Assembly: GCA_016184305.1 (NCBI GenBank)
Contig: JACPCX010000121.1
Span: 1-38,684, forward strand
Direction: 5' to 3'
DNA length: 38,684 nt
Origin: Candidatus Rokuibacteriota bacterium
Lineage (GTDB): Bacteria > Methylomirabilota > Methylomirabilia > Rokubacteriales > CSP1-6
The notes under the pieces are model-generated. The model searched no databases. It saw only the letters and a list, made by a program, of their open reading frames with translations, and had not been told where the DNA came from. This document shows, piece after piece, positions 1 to 8,887 of the stretch (position 1 is its first letter; each line of letters opens with the position of its first letter). Made by a program: the position numbers and the translations under genes.

Positions 1-2
1 GC

Positions 3-1373
3 CGGCTGAGTGCGGCAGCGACCTATCTCTACCCGGAAGGCGGCCGCTACTGGTACTCGACCCAGCCTACGGTGACCAAGCTGGCGGAGGACCGCGCCGA
101 GCAGTTCAAGCGCGCCCCGGACAAGGTCGCCCAGGAGATCGACAAACGGCTGCGCGCCGACCTGCGGAAGATCGGCGACTTCAGCCGGATCCACCCGCTG
201 CCGCAGTCGGGCCAGGACGTGCCCGACGACATGGACGCGCGGCTGGTGGTGTTGGGAATCGACCACCCCTACGGCAAGGGAGGGGGCAGTGCCGCCGAGG
301 CGGCGGCCAAGGCCATCTTCGAGTCCCGTGGCAGTGCGCCCCGCCTCTTCCGCAACACGCTGGTCTTCCTCGCGGTGGACCAGACGCGGCTCCAGGACCT
401 GGACGAGGCGGCGCGCCGCTTTCTCGCCTGGGAGTCGATCGTCACCGAGAAGGACAAGCTCGACCTCTCGCCGCACCAGGTGCGGCAGGCCGAGGCGCAG
501 AAGGACGCCGCGGACGGGGCGGTGACGGCCCGGCTGCCCGAAGCCTACCAGTGGCTGCTGGTGCCGGTGCAGACCTCGCCCCAGGCCAGCGTCGAGTGGC
601 AAGCCTTTCGCCTCACCGGGCAGGACGCGCTGGCGGTGCGGGCCAGCAAGAAGCTGAAGAACGACGAGCTGCTGGTGACCGCGCTGGCCGGCACCCGCCT
701 CCGCATGGAGCTCGACCGCGTCCCGCTGTGGCGCGGGGATCACGTCGCCATCAAGCAGCTCGCCGAGGACTTCGCCCGGTATGTCTACCTGCCGCGCCTC
801 AAGGACACGGCCGTGCTGCTGGCGGCCGTCCGGGACGGTCTCGGCCTGCTCCTGTGGCAGCAGGAGTCCTTCGGCTACGCCGATAGCTTCGATAAGGCCG
901 CCACGCGGTACCGGGGGCTGCGGGTCGGGCAGCACCGGGTGATCGCTAACAGCGAGGCGGCAGGGCTTCTCGTGCGGCCCGAGGTCGCGCAGAGACAGCT
1001 CGAGATGGAGGCGGCGGGAAAGGCCGCAGCCGGTGAAGGGGCGGCCGGCGAGCCGCCGGGAGGCGGCCAGGGAGGGCGTCCCGGAGGGACAGGTCAGGCA
1101 CCGTCCGGACCGGGCTCAGGGCCGACGGTAGCCCCCAAACCGAAACGGTTCCACGGGAGTGTCGCCCTGGACCCCACACGCGTGGGCCGCGACGCCAGCC
1201 GTGTCGGCGACGAAGTGATCGCGCACCTCGCCGGGCTGCTCGGTGCCACGATGAAGGTCACGCTCGAGATCGAGGCCGACATTCCCGGCGGGGTCCCGGA
1301 CACCGTGGTGAGGACGGTGACGGAGAACAGCAAGACGCTCAAGTTCTCGAATCAGGGGTTCGAGACGGAGTGA
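3..1373 (+). CDS. C-terminal part of a DUF499-family AAA+ ATPase (5' truncated by window edge); family usually found in helicase/methylase defence loci
   Basis: Frame is open from base 3 (RLSAAATYLYPEGGRYWYSTQPTVTKLAEDRAEQ). It continues through PRLFRNTLVFLA, a Gly-rich linker and the typical terminal domain PKRFHGSVALDPTRVGRDA...VRTVTENSKTLKF. Confidence 0.75.
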   Translation, partial: RLSAAATYLYPEGGRYWYSTQPTVTKLAEDRAEQFKRAPDKVAQEIDKRLRADLRKIGDFSRIHPLPQSGQDVPDDMDARLVVLGIDHPYGKGGGSAAEAAAKAIFESRGSAPRLFRNTLVFLAVDQTRLQDLDEAARRFLAWESIVTEKDKLDLSPHQVRQAEAQKDAADGAVTARLPEAYQWLLVPVQTSPQASVEWQAFRLTGQDALAVRASKKLKNDELLVTALAGTRLRMELDRVPLWRGDHVAIKQLAEDFARYVYLPRLKDTAVLLAAVRDGLGLLLWQQESFGYADSFDKAATRYRGLRVGQHRVIANSEAAGLLVRPEVAQRQLEMEAAGKAAAGEGAAGEPPGGGQGGRPGGTGQAPSGPGSGPTVAPKPKRFHGSVALDPTRVGRDASRVGDEVIAHLAGLLGATMKVTLEIEADIPGGVPDTVVRTVTENSKTLKFSNQGFETE

Positions 1374-1579
1374 AGCCCAGCCATGGTGTCGGCTCACCCC
1401 AAGGCCTTCGATTCCCGGTAGGATGCCAGCCGAGTCCCTGCCGCGAGATCGTCAACCACCAGCAGGGGGGGCAGGGCCCAGAGGACGCAGCACCCGTCCG
1501 GCGGGAGGACTCACCGAAGTAGAGGCCGGGGGTCGGATCGACCATCGATCCCGAGCCTGGTGCCCATAGGTTCGAGCAC

Positions 1580-1625
1580 CCAGAGCCCAGAATCCACGGC
1601 GTGAGCCGTGGATTCTGGGCTCTGG
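1580..1625. repeat. Perfect 21-bp-stem palindrome with GTGA loop (REP/IS200-IS605-end-like hairpin)
   Basis: CCAGAGCCCAGAATCCACGGC-GTGA-GCCGTGGATTCTGGGCTCTGG. No U-tract on either side. Confidence 0.8.
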
Positions 1626-1761
1626 TGTTCTTCCCCGGGGAGGGAGCCAGATGGTCGTGGCCGAAGGGCCGACGGGTCCGGGGCATAGACGCGGCTCAGG
1701 AGCACGAGCCCGATCACGACGCAGGCGGCGAGGGCGTTGCTCGGCGTCGACCAGATCCGCA

Positions 1762-1845
1762 GTAGGCCTCGATCCACAGCTCGAGCGTCTCGTCGAGCCG
1801 TCGTGGAGCGCCGATGGCGATCGGGCGAAGTTCCTGCTCGTACCG
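1762..1845 (-). pseudogene. Relic C-terminus of a DUF6036-like nucleotidyltransferase
   Basis: Minus frame reads RYEQELRPIAIGAPRRLDETLELWIEAY just after the XRE gene stop and has no start codon. It resembles the RYxxELR...TLxLWIE tail I recall for DUF6036 proteins. Confidence 0.55.
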
Positions 1846-1861
1846 CCAGGGCGAGGGGGGC

Positions 1862-2548
1862 TCAGGCGGGGTGCCGGAGGGCATCGGCCGTCCAGTCGGT
1901 CAAGAGGTTCCAGCGCCTGGCGTCCTCGGACGGGTGGGCCGCGAGCCGGCGCCGCTCCGCCGGGGGGAGATCAGTCCGGCACAGGGTGTCCTCGCGCGCG
2001 AGCCGGCTGCGCTCGAGCGCGGCTTCCAGTTCGCCCAGGGCCCGCGCCTTGGGCGCGTCTCCGCCGCGCTCGGCAAGCCGGCGCGCGAGGGTCGCGACGA
2101 AGCCGAGGCGATTCTGCAGGTCCTGGAGCTTGGCTTCCCGCACGAGCCAGTCCCGGTCCAGGGGCCAGAACCGCCAGAGGAGCCATGGCAGGGCCTCGAC
2201 GAGACGGGCTTCCAGATTGTCCTGTGCCAGCGCGGCGAGGAGGACCTCGCCGGGGTTCCTGGGGGTCCAGCGTCGCGGCCGGAGATGGGCGAGGCCGGGG
2301 TAGCCGAGGGCGGCGAGATCGCGGGCCAGGGCCCCGGCGGCGAGCGGCCGGCGAGGCGACGCCGGCGCCACGGGCGGGAGCAGGCTGGGGGACAGGCCGT
2401 AGAGGCGCATCGCCCGGCGGGCGAGATCGGGGGTCAGGCGGCGCCGGCCGCTCTCGATCATGGCCAGATAGGGTTGTGACAGGCCCAGGCGGACCGCGGC
2501 CTGCACCTGGGTGAGGCCCTTGGCCAGCCGCGCCGTCCGGAGGTCCAT
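1862..2548 (-). CDS. XRE-family helix-turn-helix protein with C-terminal domain (putative antitoxin/regulator)
   Basis: MDLRTARLAKGLTQVQAAVRLGLSQPYLAMIESGRRRL is a classic HTH_3 pattern. ATG at 2548 preferred over 2617. Confidence 0.85.
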   Translation of the reverse strand: MDLRTARLAKGLTQVQAAVRLGLSQPYLAMIESGRRRLTPDLARRAMRLYGLSPSLLPPVAPASPRRPLAAGALARDLAALGYPGLAHLRPRRWTPRNPGEVLLAALAQDNLEARLVEALPWLLWRFWPLDRDWLVREAKLQDLQNRLGFVATLARRLAERGGDAPKARALGELEAALERSRLAREDTLCRTDLPPAERRRLAAHPSEDARRWNLLTDWTADALRHPA

Positions 2549-2740
2549 GGCAGCCGCGAGTCTATCACAGATTGTGTAATAATCGCCCGGCGCCAACCGC
2601 AGCGTCCCCGCGCTCACGATGCGCGCTCTGCAGCCGCCCGCCCCGTCGGCCCTCCGCCCTCGGCCCGGCCCAGGAGCCCGAGCCCGATCACAGGGAACAT
2701 CGCGGAAGGCGCAGGGAGACTGGAATTCATCTCTTGGATC

Positions 2741-2833
2741 TAACTTTCACGTATCTGAAGCATGCGAAAGTACGGCTTGTCCAAAGGGGGCCTACGATGC
2801 TAACTTTCTAGTATCTGATATACGCGAAAGTTA
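2741..2833 (+). promoter_or_regulatory. Two palindromic operators, 60 bp apart, overlapping a sigma70-like promoter of the HipA-fusion gene
   Basis: TAACTTTC-N17-GAAAGTAC (2741-2773) and TAACTTTC-N17-GAAAGTTA (2801-2833); both spacers contain GTATCTGA. Candidate -35 TTGTCC 2777-2782 and extended -10 TGC-TAACTT 2798-2806. AT-rich island in GC-rich DNA. Confidence 0.75.
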
Positions 2834-2837
2834 AGAG

Positions 2838-4676
2838 ATGGGGCTCTACCTCGTCGGCGAGACGATCGACAAGACCCGCGGCCACTCCCAGGCCGAGGCA
2901 GGAAAGCTTGTCCAGCTGAGGCGGGGCATCTATGCGGACGCGGGCGATGATGTTGACGCAACCGTCCTCAAGCATGCCATCCGCATCGCGAAATACCTCT
3001 ATCCCCGAGCCTACCTGTCCGCCGCCGGCGCCGCCCTCCTGGGGCCAACCCGGGAAGGCCGGCTCTTCCTGAGTGGCCGGCGCATCCAGCGCACCCGCAT
3101 CCGCGCGCTGGAGATCATCCAGAACCAAGCCCCGCCCCATCCTTCTCTCGGCGAGGCGGTCGTGGACGACGGCATGGGCGAGTTCCGGGTCGACGTCTCC
3201 TCGATCCGCCAGCGCTTCCTCGAGGCCTTCCGCCTGCGCAGCGAGCACGCGGCCTCGCTCGACGAGGCGATGCGCGAGGCGATCGCCGCCCGCCTGATCG
3301 AGGAGTACGGCAGCCCGTCGAGCGCCGCCGACGCGGTGTGGACGCTCGCCCGCCAGAACGAATGGTACCGGGAAGGGGAGCGTGCCGAGCGGTTCCTGCT
3401 GCGCCGCCCGGCCGCGGCGCCGGCGCGCAACGAAGCGGCGCTCGATCTGATCGTCGCGTGGCACGGTGTCCCGATCGGACACCTCGTTCACGACGGCTTC
3501 GAATGGCGGTGGACGGAAGCCGAGCGCAGTGGACCGCCCGTGGTTCGCCAGACCACGCCCGGCAAGCTGCCGCCGTTCATCGGCTCGCTGCTGCCCGAAG
3601 GCTGGCTCGAGGCTGTCCTGAGGGATCGCGACGATCGGGCGACGTTGCGGTCCGGCAAGCGCTACCTGTCGAGTATCACGATCGTGGAACGGCAGAGCGA
3701 GCTGGCGGCGCTTCCACCCGATGTCCTGCTCACGCCCCTGGACCGGTACGCGGCGAATGGCATCTTTACCGGCACGTATGCCGGGCCGGGCCGGGGAGAC
3801 ATCGAGGAAGGCTTCGAGAAGAATCTGGCGAAGCTCTACGAGCGCGCCGATACGCCGCGGCTCTCCGGCATCCAGATCAAGGCGCCGATGTCCCTCGACG
3901 CTGACGGCACGCTGTCGCCTGCCATTGGCAGGCCCTTCACCCATATCCTGAAACCTGCCGGCCCGAGCGGCTTCGAGGCGCTCCCGGTCATCGAGTGGAT
4001 GGCCCTCGCCCTTGGCCGCGCCGTCGGGTTCGCGCCGCCGCCGGCGGCACTCGTCGCGATGCCCGACCACATGCCGCCCGCTCTGCTCGTCGAGCGCTTC
4101 GACCTCCGCGAGAGCCCCGAGGACAGGCGGCTGATCGCGCTGGAGGACTTCTGCTCGGTCCTCGGCCTGCCAACCCCGGCGAAATACGACGGCACCATCG
4201 AGCGGGTCGCCAAGGCGGTCCGCCAGCTCTCGACTGCGCCGGACGAAGATGTCCTGATCGTGATCAAGCGGGCGCTCTTCGCCTGGCTGATCGCCGACGG
4301 CGACATGCATCTGAAGAACATCGCGCTGCTGAAGATCGGCGACCCGGGAGACGCACACTTCCGTTCGGTGCGCATCGCGCCGCTCTATGACACGGTGACC
4401 ACGCGCATCTTTCCGCGGCTTGCGCAAGACCGCATGGCCCTGAAGCTCAACGGCCGGGATGACTGGCTCCGGCGCGCGGATTTCCGCGCGCTGGCCACAA
4501 CCGCCGGAGCGACGGCCGCGGACGGCGACGCCGCGATCACGGAAATGATTCAGAGGATGGGAGAGGCTGCCGGAGCGATTGCGCTGCCCGAGCTGCCAGA
4601 GCCTGGCCCGGACGCCGCGGCCATGGCGGCGAAGATGATCGAGATCACCCGGGCACGGATAGAGTCGTTTGAGTGA
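2838..4676 (+). CDS. HipA-family Ser/Thr kinase toxin with ~190-aa N-terminal AbiEi-like extension
   Basis: HipA motifs LSGIQIK, HILKP, LLVERFD, EDFCSVL, DGDMHLKN and IAPLYD, plus the HipA N-subdomain (LIVAWHGVPIGHL...LPPFIGSLLPEGW). The N-terminus GKLVQLRRGIY...AYLSAAGAALLG resembles AbiEi antitoxins. Confidence 0.85.
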   Translation: MGLYLVGETIDKTRGHSQAEAGKLVQLRRGIYADAGDDVDATVLKHAIRIAKYLYPRAYLSAAGAALLGPTREGRLFLSGRRIQRTRIRALEIIQNQAPPHPSLGEAVVDDGMGEFRVDVSSIRQRFLEAFRLRSEHAASLDEAMREAIAARLIEEYGSPSSAADAVWTLARQNEWYREGERAERFLLRRPAAAPARNEAALDLIVAWHGVPIGHLVHDGFEWRWTEAERSGPPVVRQTTPGKLPPFIGSLLPEGWLEAVLRDRDDRATLRSGKRYLSSITIVERQSELAALPPDVLLTPLDRYAANGIFTGTYAGPGRGDIEEGFEKNLAKLYERADTPRLSGIQIKAPMSLDADGTLSPAIGRPFTHILKPAGPSGFEALPVIEWMALALGRAVGFAPPPAALVAMPDHMPPALLVERFDLRESPEDRRLIALEDFCSVLGLPTPAKYDGTIERVAKAVRQLSTAPDEDVLIVIKRALFAWLIADGDMHLKNIALLKIGDPGDAHFRSVRIAPLYDTVTTRIFPRLAQDRMALKLNGRDDWLRRADFRALATTAGATAADGDAAITEMIQRMGEAAGAIALPELPEPGPDAAAMAAKMIEITRARIESFE

Positions 4677-4789
4677 AGCCAAGTTTGGCGGCCCCTCAGG
4701 GCCTCTCGGCGACCTCCTCGCCAGGCGCGAACCGGGCAGCAGCCGCGCCAGCTCGGCAAGCTCCTGGAGGATCCGGTCCCGGCGGGCCT

Positions 4790-4910
4790 CGAGCCGCCGG
4801 GTGATCCACGGCCCCCGTGAAGGCGCCCTTGCGGTGGCCGAACAGCTCCGACTCGATCAGCGTCGCGGGGAGCGCCGAGAGGTTCAGCCCATAGAAGGAC
4901 CCGCGGAAGT
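4790..4910 (-). pseudogene. Fragment of a sigma-54 activator AAA+ domain
   Basis: Minus frame reads FRGSFYGLNLSALPATLIESELFGHRKGAFTGAVDH (ESELFGH/GAFTGA motif). No Walker A precedes it and no FLDEIG follows. Boundaries approximate. Confidence 0.75.
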
Positions 4911-5178
4911 CCTCCTCCCTACACGTGCAGATCACGGACCTCCTCGACGACTGGTTCGCCCATCCAGCCCCGCCGGCTCTCAGCCGCTGGCGAAGGGACC
5001 GAGACGCGCCGCCGCATGCTCGGGAACGGATCCTGCGCCCGCCCGGTGGACATGGACTGCCACTTTTGCTCCGTCGAGTCTCGGCCACGCCCCGCCCCGT
5101 ATGCGCTAAGATGCGTCCTGGCGCGATGTTCCGGTCATGCTCAGCCCGAGACGCGGCTGAGGGCCACAGGAGGCTGAC

Positions 5179-7122
5179 ATGGTGGAAGCGATGGTTCGTC
5201 CGCGGCTCTTCTCGTCCGGAAAGATGGGGCCGATGCAGCTCCGCAACCGGGTGGTGATGGCGCCCATGGTGGTGCAGCTCGCCTCCGAGAGCGGGGCGGT
5301 CACCCAGCGCACCATCGACTACTACGTGCGCCGGGCCGCGGGCGGCGCGGGGCTCGTCATCGTGGAGGCCAGCTACATCGCGCCGGAGGCCAAGGCCTTT
5401 GCCTGCCAGCTCGGGATAGATCGCGACGGCCTTGTCCCCGGCCACTTCGAGCTGGTCGAGGCCATCCACCGCCACGGCGCGAAGGTTGCCCTCCAGATCC
5501 ATCATGGCGGCGGCCGCGCCGACCCGGCGCTGACGGGTGGCGTTCTCGTGACCCCGTCGCCTGTCGCTCAGGACGCCCATGCCGTCGTCCCCCGCGAGGC
5601 GACCCCGCGGGAGATCGAGACGTGGGCGGAAAGCTACGCCCGCGCCGCCGGGCGGGCGCAGCGCGCGGGCTACGATGCCGTGGAAATCCACGGCGCCCAC
5701 GGCTACCTCATTCACGAGTTCCTTTCGCCCGCCTCCAACCGCCGCTCCGATGCCTACGGGGGGAGCCCGGAGAACCGCCGCCGCTTCGCCGGGCTGGTGA
5801 TCCGGCAGGTCCGCGAGGCGGTGGGCGCGCGTTTTCCGATCCTCTTCCGCATGAGCGCCGAGGGCGGCTACGGGATCGAGGAGGCCGTGGAGATCGCGCA
5901 GGCCCTGGAGGCGTGGGGTGTGGACGCCATCCATGTCTCGGTCGGCGGAACTGCCCCGATTACCCTGGTCCCGCCGGACACCAGCCCCATGGCCCGTCCC
6001 GAGGGCTGGCTCACCGGCCACGCCGCGACCATCAAGAAGCGCGTCTCCGTGCCGATCATCGTCGTGGGGGAGATCCGTCACCCTGTCTTCGCGGAAGAGG
6101 TTCTGGCTCAGGGCAAGGCCGACTTCATCGCCCTCGGGCGGCAACTCCTGGCCGACCCGGACTGGCCCGCCAAGGCCGAGGCCGGCAGGGACGACGAGAT
6201 CCGCCTGTGCATCTCCTGCGACCATTGCCGGCTGGCCCTGCTGTTGACACGGCCGATCCGCTGCCTGGTGAACCCCGAGGTGGGCCGAGAGCGGGAGTTC
6301 TCCGCCTTCGGGCCAGCGGCCGCGCCCAAGCGCGTCATCGTTGTGGGCGGAGGCCCCGCCGGCCTGGAGGCGGCGCGGGCCGCGGCCGCGCGGGGCCACC
6401 ACGTCACGCTGTCCGAGCGCAGCGCCGAGCTCGGGGGTCAGCTGCATCTCGCCGCGCTCCCTCCCCACAAGGAGAAGATCGAGTGGCTGAGGCGATGCCT
6501 CGTCACCCAGGCGCGGAAGGCCGGGGTGGAGCTGTCTCCCTCGACGATCTTCCGGCCCGAAGGGCTGGCCGAGGGAGAGGCCGACGCCGTGGTGGTGGCA
6601 ACCGGCGCCCGCCCGGTCGAGGAGCAGGTGCGGGGCGCCCGTGCGGGCCAGGTGTTCTCGGCCTGGGAGGTGCTGGAGGGCCGTCCGCCCGCGACGGACC
6701 TGGCGGTGGTCGTGCTGGGCGGAAGGCAGATGGGCTGCGAGACGGCGGAGTTCCTGGCCGAGCGCGGCAACCGGGTGACCCTGGTCTCCCGCTCGCGGAC
6801 AGAGGAGCTGGCCGGCGATGTGGTGGCGAGCTACCGGGGGCCCCTCCTGGCCCGGTTGCGAAGGCTGGGAGTGGCGCTCCGCACGCGCTGCGATGTCCGC
6901 GAGGTGAGGGATGGCCAGGCCATCGTCGTGGAGGCGGGCGGCCGCGAAGAGGCCGTGGACGCCGACCTTGTGATCCTTGCCCGCGGGTCAATGCCCGAGC
7001 CCACCTGGCTGGAACTGCTCCGGACGAAGGTGCCCGAGGTCTACGTGGTGGGGGACTGCGTCGAGCCGCGCATGATCGCCGACGCGCTCTACGAAGGCGC
7101 CTGGGCCGGGAGCCAGATCTAG
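5179..7122 (+). CDS. NADH:flavin oxidoreductase (OYE TIM barrel + Fe-S + FAD/NAD domains; 2,4-dienoyl-CoA/enoate reductase-like)
   Basis: LRNRVVMAPM, EIHGAHGYLI, Cys cluster CISCDHC-X11-C and VVGGGPAGLEAA. AGGAGG RBS precedes the ATG. Confidence 0.92.
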   Translation: MVEAMVRPRLFSSGKMGPMQLRNRVVMAPMVVQLASESGAVTQRTIDYYVRRAAGGAGLVIVEASYIAPEAKAFACQLGIDRDGLVPGHFELVEAIHRHGAKVALQIHHGGGRADPALTGGVLVTPSPVAQDAHAVVPREATPREIETWAESYARAAGRAQRAGYDAVEIHGAHGYLIHEFLSPASNRRSDAYGGSPENRRRFAGLVIRQVREAVGARFPILFRMSAEGGYGIEEAVEIAQALEAWGVDAIHVSVGGTAPITLVPPDTSPMARPEGWLTGHAATIKKRVSVPIIVVGEIRHPVFAEEVLAQGKADFIALGRQLLADPDWPAKAEAGRDDEIRLCISCDHCRLALLLTRPIRCLVNPEVGREREFSAFGPAAAPKRVIVVGGGPAGLEAARAAAARGHHVTLSERSAELGGQLHLAALPPHKEKIEWLRRCLVTQARKAGVELSPSTIFRPEGLAEGEADAVVVATGARPVEEQVRGARAGQVFSAWEVLEGRPPATDLAVVVLGGRQMGCETAEFLAERGNRVTLVSRSRTEELAGDVVASYRGPLLARLRRLGVALRTRCDVREVRDGQAIVVEAGGREEAVDADLVILARGSMPEPTWLELLRTKVPEVYVVGDCVEPRMIADALYEGAWAGSQI

Positions 7123-7250
7123 CGTCACTCGTGGGGGCTCGGACGGGGTCTCCGCTGGGTTCCTGGAATCGCGTTATACTCACCCGGAACCCCGGTCGCT
7201 GACTCACGCAGATGTCAGCCTCGATCAGAATCGATGAGGGAGGATCGCGC

Positions 7251-8438
7251 ATGAGGGAAGCCGTGGTGGTCGCCAGCTCTCGCACCCCGCTCGCCAAGTC
7301 GTTCCGCGGGTCGTTCAACCTCACGCGGCCTGACGACCTCGCCGCCCATTGCATCAAGGACGTGCTGGGCAAGGCGCCCCAGCTCGCCCCGGCCGAGATC
7401 GAGGACGTGGTTCTCGGCTGCGGCCAGCCGCACGGGTCCCAGGGACACAACATCGCCCGCGTGGCCGCGCTGCGCGCCGGGCTGCCGGCATCCATCCCCG
7501 GCACGACGGTGAACCGCTTCTGCTCGTCGGGACTGCAGGCCATCGCGATGGCGGCGCACCACATCATGAACGACGGGGCCGAGGCCGCGATCGGGGGCGG
7601 TGTCGAGAGCATCACCATGCTCCAGCGCGACAGCAGCCCCAACCCCTGGGTGAAGGAGCACTTCCCCGGCCTCTACATGGTCATGGGCGAGACGGCGGAG
7701 GTCGTGGCCAAGCGCTACAAGATCAGCCGCCAGGCCCAGGACGAGTACTCGCTCGGGAGCCAGCAGCGCACGGCGCGCGCCCAGCAGGACGGCCTGTTCA
7801 AGGAGGAGCTGGCGCCCATGCACGTGACGCGCGGCATCCTCGACAAGAAGACGGGCGAGGTGGTCGGCACGGAGGAGTACTACGTCGACAAGGACGAGTG
7901 CAACCGGGCGGACACCACGCTCGAGGGGCTCCTGAAACTGCCGCCCCACTTCGACAAGGAGAGCGGCCAGGGCACGGTGACTGCCGGCAACTCCTCCCAG
8001 CTCTCCGACGGCGCCTCGGCGACGCTCCTGATGTCGCGCGAGCGGGCCGACACGCTCGGCATCCGGCCCAAGCTCGTCTTCCGCGGCTTCGCGGTGGCCG
8101 GCTGCGAGCCGGACGAGATGGGGATCGGGCCCGTGTTCGCGGTGCCGAAGCTCCTCAAGCGGCACGGGCTCACGGTGGACGATATCGGCGTGTGGGAGCT
8201 GAACGAGGCGTTCGCGGTGCAGGTGGTCTACTGCCGCGACCGGCTCGGTCTCGATCCCGATACCCTCAACGTCAACGGGGGCTCGGTCTCCATCGGCCAT
8301 CCCTTCGGCATGACGGGCTCGCGGCTGGTGGGCACCATCGCCAACGAGATGCTCCGGCGCCGGGCGCGCTACGGCGTCGTGACGATGTGCATCGGGGGCG
8401 GCCAGGGCGCAGCCGGCCTCTTCGAGGCCTGCCTGTAG
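7251..8438 (+). CDS. Acetyl-CoA C-acyltransferase (thiolase)
   Basis: NRFCSSGLQA, NEAFA, GHPFGMTG and TMCIGGGQG motifs. GGGAGG RBS. Confidence 0.95.
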   Translation: MREAVVVASSRTPLAKSFRGSFNLTRPDDLAAHCIKDVLGKAPQLAPAEIEDVVLGCGQPHGSQGHNIARVAALRAGLPASIPGTTVNRFCSSGLQAIAMAAHHIMNDGAEAAIGGGVESITMLQRDSSPNPWVKEHFPGLYMVMGETAEVVAKRYKISRQAQDEYSLGSQQRTARAQQDGLFKEELAPMHVTRGILDKKTGEVVGTEEYYVDKDECNRADTTLEGLLKLPPHFDKESGQGTVTAGNSSQLSDGASATLLMSRERADTLGIRPKLVFRGFAVAGCEPDEMGIGPVFAVPKLLKRHGLTVDDIGVWELNEAFAVQVVYCRDRLGLDPDTLNVNGGSVSIGHPFGMTGSRLVGTIANEMLRRRARYGVVTMCIGGGQGAAGLFEACL

Positions 8439-8460
8439 AGGCCAAGGGCGCAGGGGGCGG

Positions 8461-8489
8461 TTGTCACGGGTGCCCCCGTTTGCTATGAT
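8461..8489 (+). promoter_or_regulatory. Sigma70-type promoter for tRNA-Glu (and possibly the downstream cluster)
   Basis: TTGTCA-17 nt-TATGAT with TG extension. Confidence 0.7.
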
Positions 8490-8522
8490 GCGCGTGCTTT
8501 CGCCCGCAGGGATGAGCGTTTC

Positions 8523-8601
8523 GACCCCGTCGTCTAGTCTGGCCAAGGACGCGACCCTTTCAAGGTCGAGATCGCGGGTTCGAATCCCGCCGGGGTCACC
8601 A
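8523..8601 (+). tRNA. tRNA-Glu(TTC)
   Basis: Acceptor stem GACCCCG/CGGGGTC, anticodon arm CGACC-CTTTCAA-GGTCG, T arm GCGGG-TTCGAAT-CCCGC, encoded CCA. Confidence 0.97.
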
Positions 8602-8625
8602 CTCTCCTCGTGGTTGGGGGGTTGC

Positions 8626-8847
8626 ATGGAAAGGCCGGGCATCCGTGAGCTGGTCGGGCGGGCGATGCTCGACAAGGAGTTCCTGGCCGAGCTCGTGCGC
8701 GATCCGGCGGCCGTGCTTGCCGGCTATGGCCTCGAGGCCGAGGAGCGTGCGGCGGTGATGAAGGCCGTGGCCCGCACCGGCAAGACGTCGGACGCGGAGC
8801 GGACTCGGGCCCTGCAGACCATCATGATGAAGCGCTGGGCGACGTAG
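8626..8847 (+). CDS. Small NHLP-clan protein (Franean1_4349/Os1348-like RiPP leader-like), 73 aa
   Basis: IRELVGRAMLDKEFLAELVRDPAAVLAGYGLEAEE fits the 'GRA..D..F...L..DP...L..Y.L..EE' pattern. Confidence 0.75.
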   Translation: MERPGIRELVGRAMLDKEFLAELVRDPAAVLAGYGLEAEERAAVMKAVARTGKTSDAERTRALQTIMMKRWAT

Positions 8848-8887
8848 CCGCGTGCGCTCCCTTCCTTCGATCAGTGGACATCGCTGA

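Noticed and set aside
1390..1430. TTCGATTCCC as a tRNA T-loop remnant
   Set aside because: Flanks do not form a T-stem or cloverleaf.
1683..1740. ALAACVVIGLVLLSRVYA as a PAP2 phosphatase fragment
   Set aside because: Too short to support; only the SRVY motif matches.
7198..7219. GCTGAC-N10-GTCAGC operator upstream of thiolase
   Set aside because: Single 6-bp palindrome with no regulator nearby; could be chance.
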